Source: Gemmatimonadota bacterium (GTDB lineage: Bacteria; Gemmatimonadota; Gemmatimonadetes; Palauibacterales; Palauibacteraceae). From it: 44,575 nucleotides of DNA. Each line of letters starts with the position of its first letter. The first letter of the stretch is position 1. This document shows positions 37,144-44,575 of the stretch, piece after piece. The position numbers and the translations under genes are program-made. The notes beneath the pieces were generated by a model. It saw only the letters and a program-made list of their open reading frames with translations, made no database searches and was not told the DNA's origin. Location: positions 1-44,575 of the forward strand of contig JBHIAV010000021.1 of NCBI GenBank assembly GCA_046758745.1, written 5' to 3'.

Positions 37144-38691
37144 CTAGCCACCGTCGTCCTCGACCCACAGCTCCTCCATGAACTGGATCGGATCGCCGTG
37201 GAAGGGGCTCCGGAGGCCCCGCACGCGTCGGTGGACGGCGTAGGTCTGGACTAACGGGAAGAGAAGGGTCAGCGGAACCTCCGCGCCCATCGCCGGCCAG
37301 AAGGCGCGGTAGACGCGGTCCTCCGTCGCCGGATCGGGCTCCTGGACCACGCTGTCGACGATGGCGGAGAGTCGGGGGCGGATCCAGCCGAGCGGCGAGC
37401 CCTCACCGACCAGTCGCTGCTTGAGCTCCGGGACCCCGCTGTAGAAGCGTTGAAGCGCCGCCTCGTAGTTTCCCGACCGAAGTCTCCGGCGCACGAGGTT
37501 CCCGTCTAGCGGCTGCAGCTTCATCTCTACCCCGACCGCCCGGAGCTTGGCCTGCACGTAGATGGCTGCCTCTCGCTCCACGCCGCCCGAAGGGACAAGC
37601 GCGGTGAAGCTCATCCGCTTTCCGTTCCGCCGACGGATCCCGTCGTCGCCGACCTCTCGCCAGCCGAGTCCGTCCAACAGCCGGCCGGCGAGCCCGGGAT
37701 CGTACGGGAGCGGCTCGGGGAGCTCCCCCCGCCGGTACTGGCGTCCGGAGTACACGACGTCGGCGACCTGAAGGTCGTCGGGCATGTTGAGGACGCGGAT
37801 GAGCTCTCTCCGGTCGATCGCGAGGGTGAGCGCCCGGCGCACGGGAGGATCGCGGAACAGCGGGTGCCGGTGGTTCCAGTAGATCGCCTCGTGCCACGGC
37901 ACGCCGGGCCACATGTGATGGTAGAGCCGGAAGCGCGGATCCGAAGCCACCTTGAGGATCTCGGCCCGGTTCATCCAGGTGAGCACGTCGATGCCCCCGC
38001 TCATGAGCTCGGTCAGTCCGGTGCCGCCGCCGAACTTGAACAGCACGCGCTCCACCTTGGGCGTTCCCCGGAAATAGTCCGGGTTCGCCTCGAGCTCCAC
38101 CATCGTCTTCGGAACGTGGCGCACGTACCGGTACGGACCGTTCCCAACCGGGTGCGTCCAGAATTCCCACCCGTAGAAGCCCTTCGGGTCGAGCCCCTCC
38201 AGCAGGTGCTTCGGGTAGAAGACGGCCCAGGCGTTTCGGGCGTCCGCGGGCCATTCGTAGAAGAGGCGCACCGTGCGGTCGTCCAAGACAGCGACCGAAT
38301 CGATGCCCCACCAGACGTCCTCCCACAGGACCTCTGGATGGGCGTAGAGGGCCAGGCTGAACTCGATGTCTTGCGCGGTGACGGGGACGCCGTCGTGCCA
38401 GCGGACACCGCGGCGCAGCCGAATCGTCCAGACGCGGTAGTCCGGCGAATGCTCCCAGGCCTCCGCCAGCCGCCCCACCGTTTCGCCGTTCTCGTCGAAG
38501 CTGAAAAGCGGCAGGAATAGGAGGAACTGAGCCTCGACATCCCAGTAAGGCCCAAACAGCCGCTCGTCGGCCTGGTAGAGGACGGTGAGGGTGGAGCCGT
38601 CGGCGTCGGCCTGCCCGTCGCCGGAGCATCCGAGCGCGAGCAGTCCGGCGAAGACGGGGAAGGCGGATAGAGAGAGACGCACCTGAATCAA
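37144..38691 (-). CDS. ABC transporter solute-binding lipoprotein, family 5 (peptide/nickel)
   Basis: Lipobox LALGC, LAEAW, WHDG.PVTA.D, PVGNGPY, EANPDYF, VRRAL..AIDR. Confidence 0.9.
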   Translation of the reverse strand: MIQVRLSLSAFPVFAGLLALGCSGDGQADADGSTLTVLYQADERLFGPYWDVEAQFLLFLPLFSFDENGETVGRLAEAWEHSPDYRVWTIRLRRGVRWHDGVPVTAQDIEFSLALYAHPEVLWEDVWWGIDSVAVLDDRTVRLFYEWPADARNAWAVFYPKHLLEGLDPKGFYGWEFWTHPVGNGPYRYVRHVPKTMVELEANPDYFRGTPKVERVLFKFGGGTGLTELMSGGIDVLTWMNRAEILKVASDPRFRLYHHMWPGVPWHEAIYWNHRHPLFRDPPVRRALTLAIDRRELIRVLNMPDDLQVADVVYSGRQYRRGELPEPLPYDPGLAGRLLDGLGWREVGDDGIRRRNGKRMSFTALVPSGGVEREAAIYVQAKLRAVGVEMKLQPLDGNLVRRRLRSGNYEAALQRFYSGVPELKQRLVGEGSPLGWIRPRLSAIVDSVVQEPDPATEDRVYRAFWPAMGAEVPLTLLFPLVQTYAVHRRVRGLRSPFHGDPIQFMEELWVEDDGG

Positions 38692-38695
38692 TGAC

Positions 38696-38979
38696 TCATT
38701 CCAGCCACAGCTCGCCCGCGTACCACACAGGGTCGGCGCGCCACGGGCCGCTGAGTCCTCTCACCCGGCGGCGGGCCACCGTGCTCTAGACGGTCGGATA
38801 GAGAAAGGTCACGGGGTGGTCCCCCAGGACGATCGAGGCCAGCTCGGGGTACATCCGGTCCAGCTCCTGCGGGCTCATCGTCTCCCCGACAGCCTCGAAC
38901 AGCTTGTGGGCCCCGGCGTTGTCGCCATCTGGTTGACGTACGGGACGGCGTCTGCCTCGCCGCGCAGGAGTTCGGTCAT
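38696..38979 (-). pseudogene. Remnant of a second family-5 solute-binding protein
   Basis: My translation gives MTELLRGEADAVPYVNQ, a frame change, then DNAGAHKLFEAVGETMSPQELDRMYPELASIVLGDHPVTFLYPTV*STVARRRVRGLSGPWRADPVWYAGELWLE*. Both pieces align by eye with the neighbouring SBP. Confidence 0.8.
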
Positions 38980-38983
38980 GAGG

Positions 38984-40237
38984 TTACGGGGCCGGATCCG
39001 GTCGGAGCCCGTACTTCTCCGCGTACGCGATCAAGGCCTGCACGAAGATCTCCGTCGGCGGGCGCACGAGTCCGGCGCCCACCTGGCCGACGCCGGGCTC
39101 CCTGTGGGCGATGCCGGTGTTGATGCGCGGCGTGATCCCGAGCTCCACGACCTTCCGGATGTCGATCCCGGTGGGGGTGCCACGGAAGTCGAGGCTCGGG
39201 ATGGTGAAGTGCGCGTGCTCGGCTACCGTGATCTCGTACATCTCGAGCGTTGCGTTCACAGCGTCCTTCGGCGTCCCGCTCACGAAGGTGACGATGGCGG
39301 GCGCAGCCGCCATGGCGAAACCGCCGATCCCGGCCGTCTCGGTGATCGTGCTGTCGCCGATGTCGGGGTTGGCGTCGGCGCTCGAGAAGCCGCCGAAGTA
39401 GAGGCCCTCGGGCACTTGGGCCGGAGCGGTGAACCACTCGTCCCCGAGGCCGCTCACGCGGATTCCGAAGTCGGTGCCGTTCCGCGCCATAGCGGTGACG
39501 ATGGTGCTCCCCTCCACGCCGTGCGCGACGTCCGCCATCGTCTTGCACGCCGCCATGACGGGGTTGAGGGCGCTGAGGGCGTTGTCGCCGAGAAAGGCGA
39601 GCACCCGGGCCGCCTCGTCGCTCCCGGCGTTCGCCAACAGGGGCGCGAGGAGCTTCAGGAAGAGCAGGGAGCCGGCCTTGTTTCGGTTATGGCCCTCGTC
39701 ACCCATGTGGAGCGCCTCCGCGAGCAGGGCCCGCAGGTCCAGCCCTTCGGCCTTCGATAGCGCCTCGGCGAGGAGCGGCGCCATGGCCGTGTTCATCCAG
39801 CGGAGCTTCTCCAGCACCTCCGGGGCGTAGGCGCCGTAGCGAAGGACCTTGCCGTACCCCTCGTTCAGACCGGAGAAGGCACGGTTCCCGCCCTCGGCGT
39901 TCTCCACCACGTAAACGGCCATGGAGGGCGATATGACGCCGGCCATCGGCCCTACCGCACCGTGGTGGTGGCAGGGTGCGAACTCCACCTCGCGGCCCTC
40001 GGCGAGGGCGATCGCCTCCTTCTCGTCCTTCGCGAGGCCCTCGTAGAGAAGAGCGCCGATCACGGCCCCCCGCAGTGGACCCGACATCCGCTCCCACTCG
40101 ATCGGCGGACCGGCGTGGAGGAGAAGGCGCTCGTGCATGGCGGGGATCACGTCAAGCGCCGGTGCAACGGCCGTGAGCATCGGGCGCGCCGCCATCATCC
40201 GCTCGACGGCGGTCCCGTTCGCCTGCTCGATGTCCAA
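38984..40237 (-). CDS. ylbE: DUF1116 family protein (YlbE/YahG-like)
   Basis: LLHAGPP, PCH...VGPMAG, LR.GAY, LHMGDE.HNRN.A, MARNG..FGIR, DIGDS.ITE..G, INTGIAH...G.GQVGAG. Confidence 0.85.
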   Translation of the reverse strand: MDIEQANGTAVERMMAARPMLTAVAPALDVIPAMHERLLLHAGPPIEWERMSGPLRGAVIGALLYEGLAKDEKEAIALAEGREVEFAPCHHHGAVGPMAGVISPSMAVYVVENAEGGNRAFSGLNEGYGKVLRYGAYAPEVLEKLRWMNTAMAPLLAEALSKAEGLDLRALLAEALHMGDEGHNRNKAGSLLFLKLLAPLLANAGSDEAARVLAFLGDNALSALNPVMAACKTMADVAHGVEGSTIVTAMARNGTDFGIRVSGLGDEWFTAPAQVPEGLYFGGFSSADANPDIGDSTITETAGIGGFAMAAAPAIVTFVSGTPKDAVNATLEMYEITVAEHAHFTIPSLDFRGTPTGIDIRKVVELGITPRINTGIAHREPGVGQVGAGLVRPPTEIFVQALIAYAEKYGLRPDPAP

Positions 40238-40303
40238 CCGATCACCTCCTCGCTTGTCCGGCCCCGCCCGATCACTTGCCCCACCTGCACACCGCGTGAA
40301 GCG

Positions 40304-42271
40304 CTAGCCCTTCATCTTCTCCAGGATCTTCATGAGCCTCTCGTTTCCTCCCGCCGCCGGGCGCCAGTCGACCTGGATGGCGGAAGCCCCCTGAGCGACG
40401 AGGCTCTGGTAGAAAGTCTCGAGCCCGACGTTCACCGCGGCCACCGGCGGGTGGAGGTCGTCGAGGGACACGGGGGACGCGGCGCCGCTGCCAGGGGCGA
40501 GTGGGACTGCGCCCCGGCCAACGGTGGATGCCGCGGTCTCAGATGAGGCCTCTTCGGTCGGCCGGGAGGAGGCGGCGTTCTCCTTCGCAAGTGCGCCGCT
40601 CGCTGACGCGGCGTCCCCGGCGGGGCTCATGAGCGGGCGCTCGGGGACCGCCGCTCGCCCGAGCGACCGGAGGGCGTGCGCGAGCGCTCCGGCCGTGTCG
40701 CGGAAGACCCGGACGCCGGCGCGCTCGAGGCTCTCCACCTGGGAGCCGAGGCCCTGCGGGTCCTCGTCCGTGCCGATCACGATGGCCACGACCTCCAGGT
40801 TCGTGCCGTCCGGGTGCCTCGCCTCCCGTCGGTCGCGCCGGACGTCGGCGATGATGGGGGCGAGCTGGCCGGCCGGATCGGGATGGGCTCCCTCGCCGAG
40901 CACCACATCCAGAAGGATCACTCCCACCTTGGGGTCCGCCGCCTCCTGCCGCAGCCGGCGGATGCGCAGCTCGTTGTCCAGCATGGGGTGCGGTCGCCCG
41001 GCGGTGAACTCGTCCGAGCCGAGGTCGAGGATCGTGTGTCCCTCGCTCCGGCCCACGTCTGAAAGGGGCTCGACACCCTCGAGCCCCAGGTTCGAGTGGA
41101 CCGGCCGAAGCGTGACGCGAACTCCGAGCAGCGCCTCCAGGGCGAGGGTGCCGCCGGCGAAGAGTCCGCGCAGGTAGCCCGGCTCCTCCGCCGGCGTGGC
41201 CGAGAGCTCAGCGGTAAGCGCAGGCCGTGTGTCCGACAGCCGCACGGGGGGCGCCGGCCCGGTGAGCGGGAGCTCCGACGGGGATGTCGGCCGGGTGACC
41301 GGGAGCTCTACGGCGAGGGCCGGCCGGGTGACCGAAAGCCCCACGGCGAGGGTCGCGGCCTCGGCGAGGCTCCCGGCGCAGCGGAGGTTCCCGGCCCCGT
41401 GATCCGAGCAGACCCCGCTCTGGAAGTACACGACCACGGGCTTCTCGGCCTTCGAGGCCTCGGCCAGCAACCGCTTCGCCACCTCCGGCTCCGGCGGCTT
41501 GGAGATCAGCACGATCACTTCCGTCTCCGAATCCCGCCTCAACAGATCCAGCGCCTGAAGTGCCGTAACAGCGCCTACCGCGGAGCCAGGATCCCGCCCG
41601 CCGGTCCCGATGGCGTGCGAGATGCCCGATCCGAGCGCGTGGATGTGACAGCTCACGGCCTGGAGGCCGGTCCCCGAAGCTGCCACGAGCCCGATCGGTC
41701 CGCGCCGCACGCGGTTTGCGAAGCCGAAGCCGACACCGCCCACGATCGCCGTACCGCAGTCCGGTCCCATCACGAGCAGTCCCTTCTCCCGCGCCGCCCG
41801 CTTGAGCGCGGTCTCCTCCTGGAGAGAGACGTTGTCGCTGAAGAGGAAGACGTGCCGGTCGTGCTCCAGGGCCTCGCGGGCGACGGCCGCCGCGAAGCGG
41901 CCCGGCACCGAGACCAGGACCCAGCGGGCCTCGGGGAGCCGCTTCAGGGCCGAAGCCAGGCTGCGCGGGCGGAAGTCCTCTTCCACCGATGCGCGCTGCC
42001 GGGCGAGGAGGGAATCGAGCTGCCGCAGCGCCTCGGTCGCCGCCGCGTCGCTTTCGGCCCTCACGACGACGAGGAGGTCGGAGGGTCCGAGAGAGCACGC
42101 GCCCGCGGGGAGCAATCCGTTCGCCTCGAGGAGCGTCAGGTTCTCGGGCGACGCCATGACGGCCCCGGCGTCCAGCACGCCGGGCAGCTCGGCCAGAGCG
42201 CTGTGGAGCTGCATGAGCACGATCGAGTCGTGGTAGACGCCGGGCCGGACTTCGCTGACGAGTACGGTCAT
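40304..42271 (-). CDS. fdrA: FdrA family protein (succinyl-CoA synthetase alpha-like)
   Basis: YHDS..LM, SVPG, FSDNV, MGPDCGT, ASGTG.Q, IGTGGRD, ISKPP, GGTL..E, GRPHPM.D, LLDVVLG.G.H.DP. ATG 42271. Confidence 0.9.
   Translation of the reverse strand: MTVLVSEVRPGVYHDSIVLMQLHSALAELPGVLDAGAVMASPENLTLLEANGLLPAGACSLGPSDLLVVVRAESDAAATEALRQLDSLLARQRASVEEDFRPRSLASALKRLPEARWVLVSVPGRFAAAVAREALEHDRHVFLFSDNVSLQEETALKRAAREKGLLVMGPDCGTAIVGGVGFGFANRVRRGPIGLVAASGTGLQAVSCHIHALGSGISHAIGTGGRDPGSAVGAVTALQALDLLRRDSETEVIVLISKPPEPEVAKRLLAEASKAEKPVVVYFQSGVCSDHGAGNLRCAGSLAEAATLAVGLSVTRPALAVELPVTRPTSPSELPLTGPAPPVRLSDTRPALTAELSATPAEEPGYLRGLFAGGTLALEALLGVRVTLRPVHSNLGLEGVEPLSDVGRSEGHTILDLGSDEFTAGRPHPMLDNELRIRRLRQEAADPKVGVILLDVVLGEGAHPDPAGQLAPIIADVRRDRREARHPDGTNLEVVAIVIGTDEDPQGLGSQVESLERAGVRVFRDTAGALAHALRSLGRAAVPERPLMSPAGDAASASGALAKENAASSRPTEEASSETAASTVGRGAVPLAPGSGAASPVSLDDLHPPVAAVNVGLETFYQSLVAQGASAIQVDWRPAAGGNERLMKILEKMKG
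41192..41338 (-). repeat. Degenerate 33-bp (11-aa) tandem repeat inside fdrA, about 4.5 copies
   Basis: LSVTRPALAVE / LPVTRPTSPSE / LPLTGPAPPVR / LSDTRPALTAE / LSATP. Confidence 0.7.
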
Positions 42272-43062
42272 GCCGTCCCGATGCGGCGAGCCGCTCCCCG
42301 CGAGTCGAGTTCCCACGCCTCGATTCGGCGGACCCGCCCCCGGACGGCCAGCGCTCCCACGTAGCCCTCGGCGGGCTCGAGGGGGAAGAGGCTCCAGCGA
42401 GAGGCCTCCTTCGGGTCGCCATCCACCGCGACCACCCGCGTCCGCTCATCGGGCGCGACCGTGACCTCGAAGCGTCGCGCGGCTGCCCACACCCCGTCTC
42501 CCGTTGCCTTCACGCAGGCTTCCTTCCGGGTCCAGCAGGTGAGGAATGCAGAGGTTCTCTCCGGCTCGGGGGCGCGGCGGATCGCCGTCTGCTCGCGGGC
42601 AGAGAAGAAGCGGCGTGCGAGGCTCTCCGCTCCGGGGACCGGACGGATCGCTTCGACGTCGATCCCGACCAGCCCACCCCGCGCGATCGCGACAAGAAGC
42701 AGCTCTTCGGAGTGTGAGAGGTTGAAACGCAGACGGCTTCGGGCCGCCTCCCCCGAGAGGGAGGGCTTCCCGCCCGCCCCGTGGTGGAAGCTCAACCGCT
42801 CCGGCGCGATCCCCGTGTAGCGCGCCAGGAGCTCCCGCAGGATCCCGCGGCTCAGCGTCAACCGTCTCCGGGCCCGGCCGGAGCGCAGGCGATCGACGCG
42901 CTCTCGCTCCTCCAGGGAAACAATGTGACCGAGCTCCTGCACGCGCTCTCCGCCCGGGTCGAGGCTCGCGCGCCACACGTGGACTTCGGTCGGCTCCGGG
43001 GTGGGAATGCGTGCCCTCACGTCGACACGCGAAGCGGCGGCGAGAGTCGCGGGAGAAGGCAC
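42268..43062 (-). CDS. 4'-phosphopantetheinyl transferase, Sfp/HetI type
   Basis: VHVW, LR.LL..Y, GKP, FNLSHS, VGIDVE, WTRKEA.VKA.G.G. Start uncertain (GTG 43062 or 43020). The ORF-track extension to 43527 looks non-coding. Confidence 0.9.
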   Translation of the reverse strand: MPSPATLAAASRVDVRARIPTPEPTEVHVWRASLDPGGERVQELGHIVSLEERERVDRLRSGRARRRLTLSRGILRELLARYTGIAPERLSFHHGAGGKPSLSGEAARSRLRFNLSHSEELLLVAIARGGLVGIDVEAIRPVPGAESLARRFFSAREQTAIRRAPEPERTSAFLTCWTRKEACVKATGDGVWAAARRFEVTVAPDERTRVVAVDGDPKEASRWSLFPLEPAEGYVGALAVRGRVRRIEAWELDSRGAARRIGTA

Positions 43063-43670
43063 GGCGGGCTTCGACCGGACTTCCTCGCCGGTGGCGGCTA
43101 TCAAGGTTGTAGGAGCCCGTGCCCGCACGCCGGTCTGCGCATGCCGGACTCGATCGCGTCGGCCGGGCTGGGAGTGAAGGTTGGATCGGAGATTCCATAC
43201 GCACCGTGATGCTTCGGGAGAGATCTGGTACCCACAGAATCTCCGGGCACGAGTGGATGGAGAGCACGGAGGAACGGGAGGTTGACCGCTCCCCTCAAAA
43301 CCATACTGGGGGGTCATCGACCCAGCAAGCCGGGTCGTCGGCTTCGCGAGCCGGTCGTCGGCCCTGCCCACCGGTCCTTGGCCCGCAAACCGGTCATGGA
43401 CCCGCGGCCGTGCCTCCTTCCAACCGAGCCTGCTCGTGGTGGGCGGGAGTCGCATCCTGCATACACGTGTGCAAAAATGATCAGTCTCGTCCCGCCAAGA
43501 TCCACCTAAGTTGCGTAACGAAAGCACGTTCTCGCTGGCATGCGCGGTGCTCCACCGCCTTCGGTCCGAGGCGCTCGGGCACGGAGAAGCGAGCCCCCGG
43601 CGCTCAGGCAGCCATAACCACCCTTGCCCAACTGCGGGCGCTGAACGAAGAGAGGGAAACGGAGGGACCG

Positions 43671-44575
43671 ATGTACCGACCGAAGGTCTCGTTTGGATCG
43701 ATCGTCATGACGCTTGCCGCTTCGATCGCTTTCGCCGGCTGCGGAGGCGACGACGATGGCACAGGGCCCGGCATCTCCCTGCAGCCGGATGTGGTGGCCG
43801 TGACGCCGGACAGCGGCAACGTCGGGACGCTTGTCGGGATCACGGGATCGAACTTCCAGACGGGCGCCGCTGTCGCGTTCGGGCCCTTAAGCGCGGACTC
43901 GGTGGTCTTCGTCGACGCGGGGACGCTGCTCGCCTACGCCCCGGCCGGAGTGCAGCGCGACAGCGTGTACGCGGTGGAGGTGACGAACCCGGGCGGCAAG
44001 TCCGACGCACTCCCTGCCGCCTACAAGGCCGTCTCACCGGTCCTCTCCGCCCTCAACGGGGTGTCGAAGCCGAGCGGCAACACCGGGAGCACCGTGATTC
44101 TCGAGGGCAAGTCCTTCGGCGACCTGCTCGGCGTGAGCCAGGTGTTCTTCACGGACGGCTCGGGACAGCCGGTGGAGGCGGCGGTCACGCTTCCGGAGAA
44201 CTGGACGAACGAGTTCATCGTCACGACGGTGCCGAGCGCGGCGGCGACGGGGCCGGTGTGGATCGAGACGCCGCTCGGGATGACCGGCTCGATCGAGTTC
44301 CGCCTGCTACAGGCGGCCACCTTCAGTCCCTCGCTCATCAACTGGACGGAGACCACGCCGCTCCCTGACGCGTCACAAGGACACGAAGCCGTCTTCCTGC
44401 CGATCGAAGGTGGCCCCGGGCAGGGGAACCTGATCTACCTGACGGGCGGGGCGGATGGCACGGTGAGCCCGCGGAACAGAGTGGCGTACGCCGAGGTCGA
44501 CGCATCGAGCCAGCTCTCCGTCTGGACGGATGAGACCACGCTTCCCGAGCCTCGCGCCTTCCATGGCGCGGCTGC
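43671..44575 (+). CDS. Lipoprotein with two IPT/TIG domains followed by Kelch-like repeats (runs off the window)
   Basis: GGAGGG RBS, ATG 43671, lipobox FAGC. TIG motifs P.SG.VGT.V.ITG.NF, VTNPGG and GSTVILEG.SFG. Kelch-like W.ET.PLP, IYLTGG and LPEPRAFH. Open to the window end. Confidence 0.85.
   Translation, partial: MYRPKVSFGSIVMTLAASIAFAGCGGDDDGTGPGISLQPDVVAVTPDSGNVGTLVGITGSNFQTGAAVAFGPLSADSVVFVDAGTLLAYAPAGVQRDSVYAVEVTNPGGKSDALPAAYKAVSPVLSALNGVSKPSGNTGSTVILEGKSFGDLLGVSQVFFTDGSGQPVEAAVTLPENWTNEFIVTTVPSAAATGPVWIETPLGMTGSIEFRLLQAATFSPSLINWTETTPLPDASQGHEAVFLPIEGGPGQGNLIYLTGGADGTVSPRNRVAYAEVDASSQLSVWTDETTLPEPRAFHGAA

Noticed and set aside
1..44575. CRISPR array, tRNA/rRNA, transposase, integrase or defence genes
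   Set aside because: I saw no regularly spaced repeats, RNA gene signatures or matching protein motifs.

Overview
High-GC bacterial DNA. Gemmatimonadota-like is my impression from gene style only. There are four blocks. (1) 235-30706 (+): a cluster of about 28 co-oriented surface-glycan genes that probably starts left of the window. It encodes an MsbA/PglK-type ABC exporter, six GT4-like glycosyltransferases, a sulfotransferase, an O-antigen ligase/polymerase, three SAM methyltransferase-like proteins and two NDP-sugar epimerases, and ends in WecB. It includes an unusual ulosonic-acid module (GmhA, NeuA-HAD fusion, UlaE-like epimerase, three SDRs, short NeuB, candidate transferase) and a tailoring block (DUF362, BNR propeller, deacetylase, PHP, ATP-grasp). 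(2) 30809-36782 (-): signalling genes, three of them visibly eroded: a PAS histidine kinase with a collapsed CHASE-like sensor, a REC-PAS-GGDEF that lost its EAL core, and a doubly degenerate GGDEF-EAL, plus an intact Rcp1-like receiver. (3) 37144-~43062 (-): Sfp-type PPTase, fdrA, DUF1116, a hidden solute-binding-protein pseudogene and an intact family-5 SBP. (4) 43671-end (+): an IPT/TIG-Kelch lipoprotein that is absent from the ORF track. I saw no rRNA, tRNA, CRISPR array or mobile element. All family assignments come from motif recognition, not database searches.
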